DNA of 64,000 nt from a virus, in the IMG/VR virus record IMGVR_UViG_3300044811_000054, positions 1 through 64,000 of that record, one strand, 5' to 3'. The translations under genes were made by a program, and so were the position numbers. The notes beneath the pieces were generated by a model. It was not told the origin of the DNA. It saw only the letters and a list, made by a program, of their open reading frames with translations, and searched no databases. This document shows, piece after piece, positions 28,585-37,841 of the stretch. The first letter of the stretch is position 1. Each line of letters starts with the position of its first letter.

Positions 28585-28885
28585 CCGGCAGCCCTCCGCA
28601 ACCGCCGCCCTCACTCCTGCACCTCCGGCCCGAGCCTCAGCTTCGTCAGGTGGAAGTGCTCACCGCACGGGTACACCGACTGCCGTAGCGCGCCCACCTG
28701 CGCCAACTCCTCCTCGGCCCGCAACGCTGCCCGCCTGGTCGGGAAGATGACCTTCGCCTTGCGCGCCGGACTGGACTGGCAGCGCGACAAGCCCCCACCC
28801 GGGCCGAGCAGGGCGTAGCGGTGCAGGATCGCATTGCGTAGAGCCGACGTCTGCGCCCCGAGCGGGATGAAGCCCTGGTCGTCTC

Positions 28886-29419
28886 TCACGACTTCGCCTC
28901 GGGCAGCTCCACGAAAAGCCGCGCACCGAGCGCCGCGGCCAGCCGCCGAACACTGTCCAGAGTCGGCGCGACCTTGCCCGTCTCCCACTCTGAGACCTGA
29001 TTCCGGCGCGACCCGGCAAGGTCGGCGAGGCCCCGCTGACTCAGGCCGCGGCGTTTCCGCTCGTCCCTCAGCACCCGCATGATCGGGTCGACGGCGGCTG
29101 GCGCGACACCCAGACCCACGCACCCGTCCCCATGCGCCTGAATGAGGTCGCCGAACACCGGGGCCTGCTCATCGCACGCCGGGCACGTCCCGTACTCGAC
29201 CCGAGCGGACGGCCGATCAGCCGGGAGGTGTGTGGCCGGGCCGAACAGCACATCGCGGCACTCACCGCACAGATTGACCGGCACGTCCTCCTGCAGCAGC
29301 GACACCGACCCGACCCGACGCCCGCACAACATGACCGTCTTCACCGTCACCCGCTTGGCGCACATGATCGTGTCCTCGCCCCGCGAGTAGCCATACTCGA
29401 ATCCGTCGAAAAAGGTCAC
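28886..29419 (-). CDS. Zn-finger plus XRE HTH protein
   Basis: CGEC, CPAC; LRDERKRRGLSQRGLADLAG...VSEWETG. Confidence 0.75.
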   Translation of the reverse strand: MTFFDGFEYGYSRGEDTIMCAKRVTVKTVMLCGRRVGSVSLLQEDVPVNLCGECRDVLFGPATHLPADRPSARVEYGTCPACDEQAPVFGDLIQAHGDGCVGLGVAPAAVDPIMRVLRDERKRRGLSQRGLADLAGSRRNQVSEWETGKVAPTLDSVRRLAAALGARLFVELPEAKS

Positions 29420-29605
29420 GTCAACCGACCTCCGCCCATGCCGAACCGGGCACCCGGCACAGCAGCACCGAGCAGACGTCCTTGCTCCGCCAGCCCCGCC
29501 ACACACTCAGCCGCGCCCTGGCCACCCGCTCGTCAGGGCAGGTCAGCAGGTGCGCCTTGCGGTAGGTGCCGAAGTCGCCGTGCAGGAAGATCGCCCACTC
29601 GAACC

Positions 29606-30058
29606 TCATGCCGCACCGTCCAGTCGGACCGGTTCGTCGCCGTCCAGGTCGAACCGGACGATCCGCGCGTACTGCCTGACCATCAGCATCGGGAACGGCA
29701 GGTGGCCCGACTCGCGGATGCCCAGCCAGCGGGCGCTGCAGCCGAGCCGGTCCGCCATCGCCCGCTGGGTGATACCCGTCCACTCCCGGGCCAGCACCAG
29801 CGCACCCAGCGGCACACCTGCGGCCAGGGTGCACGGCAGCACCAGCGGCGGGCCCGGGTCGAGGACACCCATCTGGTAGCCGATCGCCACCGCATGCGCC
29901 CGGTTGTTCGCGCCCAGATGCAGGAACAGGCTGCGCAGCCGGCTCCTGACCGTGTCGGAGCTCAGGTGCAGCCGGTCGGCGATCTGACCGGCGTCCAAAC
30001 CGTCGGCAAGGCCCTGCAGGGTTTCCAGCAGGCCCGGCTGCAACGTCGGGCGGATCAC
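29606..30058 (-). CDS. LuxR-type HTH plus XRE HTH protein
   Basis: LADGL..GQIADRLHLSSDTVRS...LGANNRAHAV; ARE..GITQRAMADRLG. Confidence 0.8.
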   Translation of the reverse strand: MIRPTLQPGLLETLQGLADGLDAGQIADRLHLSSDTVRSRLRSLFLHLGANNRAHAVAIGYQMGVLDPGPPLVLPCTLAAGVPLGALVLAREWTGITQRAMADRLGCSARWLGIRESGHLPFPMLMVRQYARIVRFDLDGDEPVRLDGAA

Positions 30059-30303
30059 GGCACACTTCCGTCGGCCGGATTGAGCACGACCAGGGCACGG
30101 GGGAGTCCGGGATGCCTGCGGACCCAGCCCATCCGCTGCAACTCGCCGAGCTGGTACAGGACGGTCGACGGGGAGCCGAGACCGACCCCGACGGCGATCT
30201 CCCGCAGCGTCGGCGCGAACCCGTTGGCGCCGTAGAACTCGCGGATGAACTCCAGGATGCGGCGCTGGCGGACCGACAGCAGCGGCACGACGGGGGCCGT
30301 CAT
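30055..30303 (-). CDS. Stand-alone LexA-like DNA-binding domain
   Basis: RQRRILEFI...GFAPTLREIAVGVGLGSPSTV..QL.EL...GWV; no peptidase domain. Confidence 0.85.
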   Translation of the reverse strand: MTAPVVPLLSVRQRRILEFIREFYGANGFAPTLREIAVGVGLGSPSTVLYQLGELQRMGWVRRHPGLPRALVVLNPADGSVP

Positions 30304-30484
30304 CGCAGCGCCTCCCGTGCAGCGACCGCGATGTGCTGGACGGTCAGCGCCTGCCGGACGTGCTCGTCGAACGGTTCCGGGTCGGGCCGGTCAAGGCGGG
30401 CGCACCACTCGACGAAGGACCGCAGACGGTCATAGCCGTCCCTGACCTCACGCAGTTGAGCCGAGGTGGGCCGGCCATCCGGCG

Positions 30485-30757
30485 TCACGACTCCACCTGC
30501 TCATAGGTCCTCGCGAAGATGTCCGCATCGCACGCGTAGAACTCGCCGGCGGCGCCCCGGATCACCCAGTCGCCGGGCTTGCCCGCATGGAGGTCCAAGC
30601 CGTCACCGGACTCCAGGGTGCCGATGCCGAGGCGTCCGTCGTCGAACACCTGGAAGCGCGCCCCGCCGTTCGCCAGCCAGGTGAAAACCTCATGTGGGCT
30701 ATCCGGGTTCCACCGCCGGGCTTCGACGGTCGCGGTCTTGCGGTACAGCGGGGCCAT
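30485..30757 (-). CDS. Conserved phage protein (PGDWVI motif)
   Basis: YRK...VEA...TLE...PGDWVIRGAAGEFYAC..DIF..TY. Confidence 0.75.
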   Translation of the reverse strand: MAPLYRKTATVEARRWNPDSPHEVFTWLANGGARFQVFDDGRLGIGTLESGDGLDLHAGKPGDWVIRGAAGEFYACDADIFARTYEQVES

Positions 30758-30820
30758 GATTGGGCTCCTTCTTGAGGGTGTGTGGGCGCGGCCTCGGGAG
30801 AAGCCGCGCCCACAGCACGG

Positions 30821-31348
30821 CTACTTCTTGTTCAGCAGAGGGACGTCGATCGGCAGAGGCTGATCGGCGTCCCTGCGTCGGCAGATGATCGAAACCATGC
30901 CTTGGTGTATGCCGAACTCGGCACCCAATGCCGCCTGCGTGATCCCGCCAGCCGCATATCTGAGGCGAATCTCGCTGTGGATCTCACTGGACAGTTTGTG
31001 GAACACCACCTTGGCTGGATTCGCTCGGATGTCTGCGATGGCATGCTCGAAACGAGCGCTTCTCCGCGCTCCGAGCCACGGTCCAATCAGTTCGCACAAC
31101 TCGGCGATCTCGCGGTTCCTGGTTGTCATCCAACGCCAGATGGGCTTGGCCTTCTGATTGGTGGGCTGGTAGGGGCCATAGAACTTCCCCATGCCGACCG
31201 TCGCGGCGAACCGTTCCAGTACATCTTTATCTGTCATGATTACGGCCGCTTGATACCGATGGGCCATTCCTTTGCCACGCTTGGCGGCAATGGTGCCTTC
31301 GCCCTCGAAGAGTCCAGCGGCCCAGGCGATTTCTGCCTCCGACGTCAT
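30821..31348 (-). CDS. Single-motif LAGLIDADG homing endonuclease with C-terminal HTH
   Basis: IAWAAGLFEGEGTI; MTDKDVLERF; TQAALGAEFGIHQGMVS. Confidence 0.85.
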   Translation of the reverse strand: MTSEAEIAWAAGLFEGEGTIAAKRGKGMAHRYQAAVIMTDKDVLERFAATVGMGKFYGPYQPTNQKAKPIWRWMTTRNREIAELCELIGPWLGARRSARFEHAIADIRANPAKVVFHKLSSEIHSEIRLRYAAGGITQAALGAEFGIHQGMVSIICRRRDADQPLPIDVPLLNKK

Positions 31349-31869
31349 GGCTTGGCATTGAGTAGCGGGACGTCGATCGGAAGTGGCTGGTCCGACCAGA
31401 TGTAGTCAAGATTGGTGGTCACCATCGCGCCGTCAGTGCAGAAGAAGAAGATCCCCGACTCGTTGGCGCCGTACGAGCCGTCGTCCCCGGGCGCGTTCAC
31501 GACGGACTGGCCGTAGGAGCCGTGGTCCAACTCGAACTGATCCGTGGTCATCTGGGATTGGGTGGAGGACACCTTTCCCTTGGCCGTGTAATAGCCGATG
31601 ATCTTCCCGAAGGACATGACGTACACGTAGCCGATGGCGTTCGGTTTGTTGGTTCGCAGCAGCCGCTCACGGACGTTGCGCCGCTCCAGCGAGTCCCGGA
31701 GCTGGTCGGCCGGGTACGGCACCGCGGCGGCCTGCTGGGCGTACGCCTGCTCGGTCTGCTTCTGCCCGCTGGACTGTGCGTTCGACTTGTCGTCGTTGCA
31801 GCCACTCAAACCTGCGACGACTAGCGCGGCGGTGACGGCGAGCGCGATGGTGCGGTTGTGGGTAATCAC
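31345..31869 (-). CDS. Putative lipoprotein
   Basis: Signal peptide ending LSGC lipobox; KGKVSS...DGSYG.N..GIFF motif. Confidence 0.75.
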   Translation of the reverse strand: MITHNRTIALAVTAALVVAGLSGCNDDKSNAQSSGQKQTEQAYAQQAAAVPYPADQLRDSLERRNVRERLLRTNKPNAIGYVYVMSFGKIIGYYTAKGKVSSTQSQMTTDQFELDHGSYGQSVVNAPGDDGSYGANESGIFFFCTDGAMVTTNLDYIWSDQPLPIDVPLLNAKP

Positions 31870-32354
31870 TTGATGGTCTCCTTGCAGTTGGTTGCCGGGT
31901 CGAGCACGTCGACCTGGTACGGCAGGTTCGGGTCGCGCCATTTCGCCTGCGTCGCCTTGTTGGCGTCGGCGTTGTACTGGTTGCGGGCGTCGAGGCACTG
32001 CTTGACCAGGCCGGAATAGTTGGTGGCGAAGAACCGGTCGCCGGGGTTGTCTTTCTTATCCGCAGCGGCCTGGTCAAGTTGCTGGTCGTAGGCCTTGACC
32101 TGGTTGAACAAGGTTTCGAAATGTTCTTGCGCGGCAATCCGATTGTTCCCGGAATTGACCTGCCTGGTCTGGTCACCGGCACCCTTGACGCCCGAGGTGG
32201 CAACCTTCACGCCCCAGATGACGCCTGCGATCAGAGCGACAACTGCGACGACGATGAGGATCCAGGCCAGTACCGATGGTCCGGCACGACGCCCGGCATA
32301 GTTGACGTCGCGGATGTCCTGCCGCAGCCGGTCGCGGTCTAGGTTATTGGGCAC
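31866..32354 (-). CDS. Single-TM membrane protein
   Basis: Hydrophobic WILIVVAVVALIAGVIW; YNADA motif. Confidence 0.7.
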   Translation of the reverse strand: MPNNLDRDRLRQDIRDVNYAGRRAGPSVLAWILIVVAVVALIAGVIWGVKVATSGVKGAGDQTRQVNSGNNRIAAQEHFETLFNQVKAYDQQLDQAAADKKDNPGDRFFATNYSGLVKQCLDARNQYNADANKATQAKWRDPNLPYQVDVLDPATNCKETIK

Positions 32355-32380
32355 TTGTGCTCCTTCGGTTGGTGCGCCGA

Positions 32381-33196
32381 TCAGGACGCGAGTTGTTCTT
32401 GCCGCTTGGCGATGCGGCGACGGGCACGGGTGACGGTCTGGTGATGCACGCCCACCAAGGCGGCGATGGTGGAGTCGTTGTGGACATGGCCGGCGCGGGC
32501 GAGTTCGGCTTCCACCCGCAGCTGCTGACTCCGGCGGGGCGTCAACTCGCCGGCGAGCATCTGCCGGGCGCCCGCATAGTTGATGCCGAGCCGGTTCGAA
32601 ACCACCGACAGCGGCTCACCCTGATGCACGCCCAGACGCAGCGCCTCGACCTCCTCCGCCTCGGTCAGGCGAAGCCTTTCGCCCTTGACCGCGCGGGCGA
32701 CCGCGACCTCGTCGACGGCGTCGTCCAGGGCCGCGCCGAGGTCCGGTCCTGCGCCCGGATTATCAATCGTCTCGTCGTCCCAGGCCGCGAGTGGCGCCCA
32801 TCCGTGGCGGAGCGCGTTACGTCGCGCACAGGTGGCAGCGAAGCCCTGCGGCGGGACGTCCAGGCGTACCCGGGTGACGGCCTTACGTAGCCTCTCGTCG
32901 CGGCTGAGCAGGACCGTCCGCTTGCGTCCCGACTGCAACTCACGGACCAGGCGTTCCCCGATCCCGGACATCTCCACGATCTGCTCGGCGGTGTAGCCGT
33001 GGCGGGCGAGCCCTTGGCAGATCCTGGTCGCGGCGGTCGCCTCGACGACCCGGCGCACACCCTGATGCTTGGCCCGCCGGTAGGCGGAGTAGTCGACTCT
33101 GGTGTCGAAGCAGGTGCAGCCGTAGTTGACCGCCATCCAGTACTTGCCGTGCTTGGATGCAGGGCAGGCCGAGCGGTCGATCGCGGGGGCGCTCAT
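32381..33196 (-). CDS. Multi-HTH hypothetical protein
   Basis: HG.Y.....GCTC; PLAAWDD..ID.P.A.P; terminal IAALVGVHHQTVTR. Confidence 0.65.
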   Translation of the reverse strand: MSAPAIDRSACPASKHGKYWMAVNYGCTCFDTRVDYSAYRRAKHQGVRRVVEATAATRICQGLARHGYTAEQIVEMSGIGERLVRELQSGRKRTVLLSRDERLRKAVTRVRLDVPPQGFAATCARRNALRHGWAPLAAWDDETIDNPGAGPDLGAALDDAVDEVAVARAVKGERLRLTEAEEVEALRLGVHQGEPLSVVSNRLGINYAGARQMLAGELTPRRSQQLRVEAELARAGHVHNDSTIAALVGVHHQTVTRARRRIAKRQEQLAS

Positions 33197-33353
33197 GACG
33201 CCTCCCGCCGGTTCGCAGGACGATGCTGCGGACACCTTGGGCCGCATGGGAACGGGCGGGTGTCGGTCCTGCCGCACGGCGGGCTGAAACCGCCCGGGAC
33301 GGTGCCCGAATTGCAGGGGCCGGCGGACTTGCGCAGGGGGATGACGGCGGCGG

Positions 33354-33842
33354 TCACGACGGTTCCTCGATCCGGTAGATCCGGATCACGGCGCCCGGCG
33401 CATCCAGCGCATCCCGATCCTCGCCAGGAAAGACCTTCGCCAGTCGCCCGTACTCGACCACCCGCGCGTCGTCCCTCCAGATGCCCGCGTCAGTCAGCGC
33501 ATCCTCGGTCGAGCGGCACAACTTCGACAGGTCGGGCATCCGCATCGGCCACGTCCGGCGCCGCTTCGGTGCCGCCACAGGCTTCGGCACGGTGAACACC
33601 ATGTCGACGACCAGGGGTTCGTCCAGTGGAGCCCAGCGCCCGTTCGCCGACGTCCAGGCATTGCGGGCCAGCAGCGCATCGGCCCGGACCGCATCGCGCC
33701 ACGGCTTCACGTGCTTCGAAGACTCGGCGAGGATCGCCTTGCCGCCGCGGATGCCCTTGAACGACTTCGAACCCTGGGGGGCGGGGCTGCCGGCAACAGT
33801 GATCCCGATGACGATCGTGCGGGTCTCGGTCATGGTGGTCAC
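33354..33842 (-). CDS. rusA: RusA-family Holliday junction resolvase
   Basis: PAPQGSK; PDLSKLCRSTEDALTDAGIWRDDARVV. Confidence 0.9.
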   Translation of the reverse strand: MTTMTETRTIVIGITVAGSPAPQGSKSFKGIRGGKAILAESSKHVKPWRDAVRADALLARNAWTSANGRWAPLDEPLVVDMVFTVPKPVAAPKRRRTWPMRMPDLSKLCRSTEDALTDAGIWRDDARVVEYGRLAKVFPGEDRDALDAPGAVIRIYRIEEPS

Positions 33843-34297
33843 GTCCGCACCCCGGCAAGCTGCGCCCGAACCTGCTCTTCGACCTCAGCCGGCACCGTCC
33901 AGCCGATCGGCAGCGAGCCACGGCACGGCACCGGGATGTCCAGTGCCCGGATGTTCGCGAGGACGAGGTGGAAGGCGGGACCGTTGTTGTGGTGTTTCTC
34001 GCCCCACGGCTGGCAGCACGTCGGGTCGAGTAGCCCGGCCGGTTGTTCTGCCGGGTGGCAGTCGACCAGGTCGGCGACCGCAATGACCGCGCCGGTGGGC
34101 AGGTCCAGGGCGGGCAGGTTCGGGCCGAGCGCCTCCCGGACCCGGGAGTCCCCGTACGCCCACACGTCCACGGCCAGCCCGGCGTGGATGGCGAGCTCGC
34201 CGCGGTAGGCGACCGCCCGACCTCGGTTCTCGGTCGGCTTCGCGCCGACTGCAACGCAACTCGACCAGGGCGCTCGGGTCGTGATTGCGCGCATCAT
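33839..34297 (-). CDS. ASCH-domain protein
   Basis: RAIT...PW...GAKPTENR...YRGELAIHAG. Confidence 0.85.
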   Translation of the reverse strand: MMRAITTRAPWSSCVAVGAKPTENRGRAVAYRGELAIHAGLAVDVWAYGDSRVREALGPNLPALDLPTGAVIAVADLVDCHPAEQPAGLLDPTCCQPWGEKHHNNGPAFHLVLANIRALDIPVPCRGSLPIGWTVPAEVEEQVRAQLAGVRT

Positions 34298-34520
34298 GAC
34301 GCCACCTCGACGTCCCAGCCGATCGGCCGCTTATCCTCCGGCAGTGCATCGACAGCGCGGACCAGTTCGCGGGCAGCAAGGGCCAGTTGCTCTCCGGCGT
34401 ACTCGGCCTCCGCGTCGGCGTGCGGGTCCTCGTCGCGGAAGTAGTGGTTCGCCGCGATCGACCGCAGGGCTACGGACTCGACCTGGCGTTGGGCTTGGTC
34501 AACGTCGTGAACGGACATGG

Positions 34521-35021
34521 TCACGCCTCCTTGATCATCGGATCGGTGGTCAGAACTTGCCCGTCATCGGTCAGAAAGCGGCGCGCACCTCGGTACAGGC
34601 AGGGCTCGGAAGTAGGGATCTGGTGCTCGCGAAGCATCCAGCCGGCGGCGTACGCCTCAGCCGGTCGCGCGTGACACAGGCGGTGATGGCAGTTCCAACA
34701 CGCCGCGAGGGCGTTGGACAGCACGTCATGGGCAACCTTGGCCGCGCCCTTGCGCCCGCCGGCACCCGTCTTCTTGCGATGTGCGAACTCCACCGCGAGG
34801 CCCTGACAGCCCGGCTGGAAGATCTCGCACAGGCCACCCGAGCGGGCCGCCAGTGCGCGACGGACCTTCGTGGGGACAGTGGGCCGACGTCGGTACGCCT
34901 TGGACACCTGGCGGCGGATCGCCTGCTCACTGTGCAGAGACGACCTCGCCAGCGGGCTGGCGGCGAGCGCCGTCGTGCGCTTCAGTGGAGCCTTGCGATC
35001 CGGCATCGGTGAGCGGCGCAT
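34521..35021 (-). CDS. HNH-like Zn-binding protein
   Basis: RSGGLCE...C...HRK...SNAL..CWNCH. Confidence 0.65.
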   Translation of the reverse strand: MRRSPMPDRKAPLKRTTALAASPLARSSLHSEQAIRRQVSKAYRRRPTVPTKVRRALAARSGGLCEIFQPGCQGLAVEFAHRKKTGAGGRKGAAKVAHDVLSNALAACWNCHHRLCHARPAEAYAAGWMLREHQIPTSEPCLYRGARRFLTDDGQVLTTDPMIKEA

Positions 35022-35419
35022 CAGCGAACCCCGACCACGGAGTAAGTCTGCTGCACGTTCTTCGCCAGGGCGCTGAGTACGACGCTCTGCGAGTTCAGAG
35101 TCCGCAGGTGATCCTGGGCGGCCTCCTTCGTCGCAGCGACCAACTCGTAGTCCTGTCGCTCCTGCGCCGTCGCCTTCTCGATGAACGCGTCCCGGTCCGC
35201 GACGGTGAACCCGCCACGGGACGGCTTCGGGCAGTCGTCGTGGAAGAACGCCCGGCGCTTCGCGTCCTCATAGCAGTGCTTGCAGGCGACCTCGGCGTCG
35301 CGGGCCTGGGCCAGTTCGCGCTGGGCGTCGAGCATCGCCCGTAGTACCCAGCGCAGCGCCTTCTCCGCGTCGACCGGAGTCCACGGCTCGAAGTCGAGCC
35401 CACTCCACGGGTCGTTCAC
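35021..35419 (-). CDS. Helical hypothetical protein of the recombination module
   Basis: Coupled to both neighbours; coiled-coil character. Confidence 0.6.
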   Translation of the reverse strand: MNDPWSGLDFEPWTPVDAEKALRWVLRAMLDAQRELAQARDAEVACKHCYEDAKRRAFFHDDCPKPSRGGFTVADRDAFIEKATAQERQDYELVAATKEAAQDHLRTLNSQSVVLSALAKNVQQTYSVVGVR

Positions 35420-36597
35420 GCCGCCACTCCACTCTTGACGGCCTCGAGGAACCGGGTCAGTTCGAAACCGTCCGCCTCGTCCGACGACTTGTTGAGGAAG
35501 CTCTGCACCCGCTTCTCCAGGGCGTCGGCGGACCACTTCTTGCCGCCGGCCTCAACCTGGATCAGTGCCCATACCTGATCGGCATTCGGTGCGACCTCGG
35601 CGTCGACCACGTCATCGACAGGCGCGGTCGGTGTGAGGGCCGGCTGCGTGGCCGGAGTCTGCTCGGCGGTCTTCGCCTTGGCCCGGATTTCGGCGGTGCG
35701 CCCGGTCAAGGCGGCCTTCACCTCGTCAGTGAGGGCTCCGTCCTTCTTGGCGTCGGTCCACAACCCGCGGGTGTCGTCGATCCCCTCGGCGGACGCGGCG
35801 AGTTCGAGGTACTCCTCAGCCGTGAACTTGCGCCGGGAAGACTCAACCTTGGCCGCTTCGATCGCCGCGCGTTGCTGCTCGGCGGCCCCCAGAGCAGCCA
35901 GGGCGGCAGCGCCGATCTGGCCACCGAACGCGCGCGCCGGGGTCAGCCAGTCGAAGTGCAGAACAGGGACCATGAACACGCTTGAGGCGACCTGCTCGCC
36001 GTCATCCTTCGACGGGTCGAACGTCTTCTTCTCGCGCTTCTGCACCTCGAGCCGGGCCGGGATCGGCTGCGGCGCCGACTCGATCGACGCGGCCAGCGTG
36101 GGCAGCTCCGCGGCGGCGTTCCAGCCGTGCGACTCGAGCTTGAAGGTGCCCATCGACGGCACGTCAGCCAGCATCAGCGACATGCGAGTGGTGGGCTTGC
36201 ACAGGTCGGTCGCTTTGAACCGTGCACCCGCCAACTTCATCGCTTCGCACAGGCACGGCTTGTCGCGGATGGTCTCCGTCTCGCCGTCGCACATCCGGTC
36301 ACGGAAGCCGTTGCCCCAATGCTCGAGGTTCGGGTCGATGCGCTGCGGCGGCACCAGCACCGGGATCTCCTTGACGCCGGAGATGACCTCCCACTGCGGG
36401 CCGGTCGGAGAGGTCCACGGCTTGACCGAGCCGCCGTACAGGCCGGCGACGGCCTCGATCAGCGGCTTCGACGCCGACGTGAAGCGCAGGGTTTCCAGCT
36501 TGGCGGGATAGTTCTTGCCGTTCTTGCTGACGAGTTGCTGGCCGAGCCGGATGACGCCGACCTGGGTGAGCCTCTTCTGCAAGTCCTTGATGGCCAT
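35416..36597 (-). CDS. Recombination protein (Gp3-like / recombination-directionality-factor-like family)
   Basis: IKDLQKRLTQVGVIRLG...PAKLETLRFTS...CDG...CKPTTR...SHGWNAAAEL; follows the exonuclease. Confidence 0.65.
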   Translation of the reverse strand: MAIKDLQKRLTQVGVIRLGQQLVSKNGKNYPAKLETLRFTSASKPLIEAVAGLYGGSVKPWTSPTGPQWEVISGVKEIPVLVPPQRIDPNLEHWGNGFRDRMCDGETETIRDKPCLCEAMKLAGARFKATDLCKPTTRMSLMLADVPSMGTFKLESHGWNAAAELPTLAASIESAPQPIPARLEVQKREKKTFDPSKDDGEQVASSVFMVPVLHFDWLTPARAFGGQIGAAALAALGAAEQQRAAIEAAKVESSRRKFTAEEYLELAASAEGIDDTRGLWTDAKKDGALTDEVKAALTGRTAEIRAKAKTAEQTPATQPALTPTAPVDDVVDAEVAPNADQVWALIQVEAGGKKWSADALEKRVQSFLNKSSDEADGFELTRFLEAVKSGVAA

Positions 36598-36607
36598 GGG
36601 TCGCTCC

Positions 36608-37681
36608 TCAGGCTGCGGGTGTTGTGGTGGGGGACTGCTCGGCGGCGGTTTTCTCCTTCGCGGCCTTGCGGGCGCGGTTGGCCACCGTCTCGGGCAGCAC
36701 GAAGGTGTGGCTGGAGACTGCGGCGGAACCGGACTCGGTCAGCCACCGGTACAGGCCCAGCGCGTGCAGGAAGCCGTTGCGGTAGGTGGGCTCGTCGCAG
36801 ACGACCAGGCGCGGTGTGACACCGTCCGGGCGCAGTTGGACGATCAGCCCGCCGTCGGTGGCCTGCACCGGTTCTTCGTGGTCGGTGTTCTTGACGCGTA
36901 CGACGGGGAAGTGCCGGTAGCCGGCGAGTTGGAGCGCGTACTCGGGGTAAAACTGCGGGTCGTCGCCCTCGCGCGTCTTCCAATCCACCATCAGGTCGGC
37001 GGTCAGTTTGGACTTCTGCGCGCGCTTCCACGTGACCGGCTTGCCCTGCCAGGTCAGCAGTCGAGAGATCAGCTTCGAAGCGGCATCCGAACGCTCAGCG
37101 TGGAACCGGATGATCCCGTCGGTGGTGCCCGCCGCGCCGATCTCGCGGTGGATCAGCAGCGCCTCGGCCAGCAGGACATCGCCGGGGGTGACCGCATACT
37201 CCTCGGCGAACACCTGGAACGCCTTCACGTACGGGACGATGTCCTCGTCGTGAGGCTTGAACTCGCCGTGGAACGACCACCACTCGATGACGTCGTGAAC
37301 CCGGGTGCCCTCGTCGGCGCGGCGGGCGGTCTCCCGTTCGTGACGACGGGCGATCCAGTACTGGATGCAGGCTTGGCAATCTCGGCAGGGGCAGCGGTCA
37401 CACGACTCGGCACCCTCGTGGCGGCAACGGCTGTAGGTGTTCTCGCACGGCTTCTTGCGGGATGCCACCACCAGTGTCGGCAGCTCCAGAAACGCCAACT
37501 CGGCGGCGAGGTTGCCGGCCCAGATGACCAGGCCCCGCTTGCCGAGCGCGTTCAGCGCAGTCGTCACGGACATGAGCCGTTGGCCGTCGATGATGTACCA
37601 GCGGCCATCGTCGGATTCCTCGACGGAGTGGAACGGGAACTCGCGGCGGATCATGTCCTCGGCGCCCTCGACGATCGGCAT
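36608..37681 (-). CDS. PD-(D/E)XK exonuclease-like protein
   Basis: SVTTAL, GTRVH, AGTTD, VDWKT, LQLAGY. Confidence 0.8.
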   Translation of the reverse strand: MPIVEGAEDMIRREFPFHSVEESDDGRWYIIDGQRLMSVTTALNALGKRGLVIWAGNLAAELAFLELPTLVVASRKKPCENTYSRCRHEGAESCDRCPCRDCQACIQYWIARRHERETARRADEGTRVHDVIEWWSFHGEFKPHDEDIVPYVKAFQVFAEEYAVTPGDVLLAEALLIHREIGAAGTTDGIIRFHAERSDAASKLISRLLTWQGKPVTWKRAQKSKLTADLMVDWKTREGDDPQFYPEYALQLAGYRHFPVVRVKNTDHEEPVQATDGGLIVQLRPDGVTPRLVVCDEPTYRNGFLHALGLYRWLTESGSAAVSSHTFVLPETVANRARKAAKEKTAAEQSPTTTPAA

Positions 37682-37841
37682 CAGGCGTCCACCAGCCGCT
37701 TCCACAACGTCTCCTCGGCCACGGAGCACGGCACACACTCGGGAAGTTCCGACTTGGTGCCACAGATCAGGCAGCGCGGGATGGCGTGCGGCCGGTCGTC
37801 GAGGCGGGCCGGGGCGTCCTGGGCGGTGGTCGTGGGGGCGG

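Noticed and set aside
30821-31400. Intein or group I intron around the LAGLIDADG gene
   Set aside because: No intein terminal residues; the upstream gene has its own stop, and there is no non-coding space for a ribozyme core
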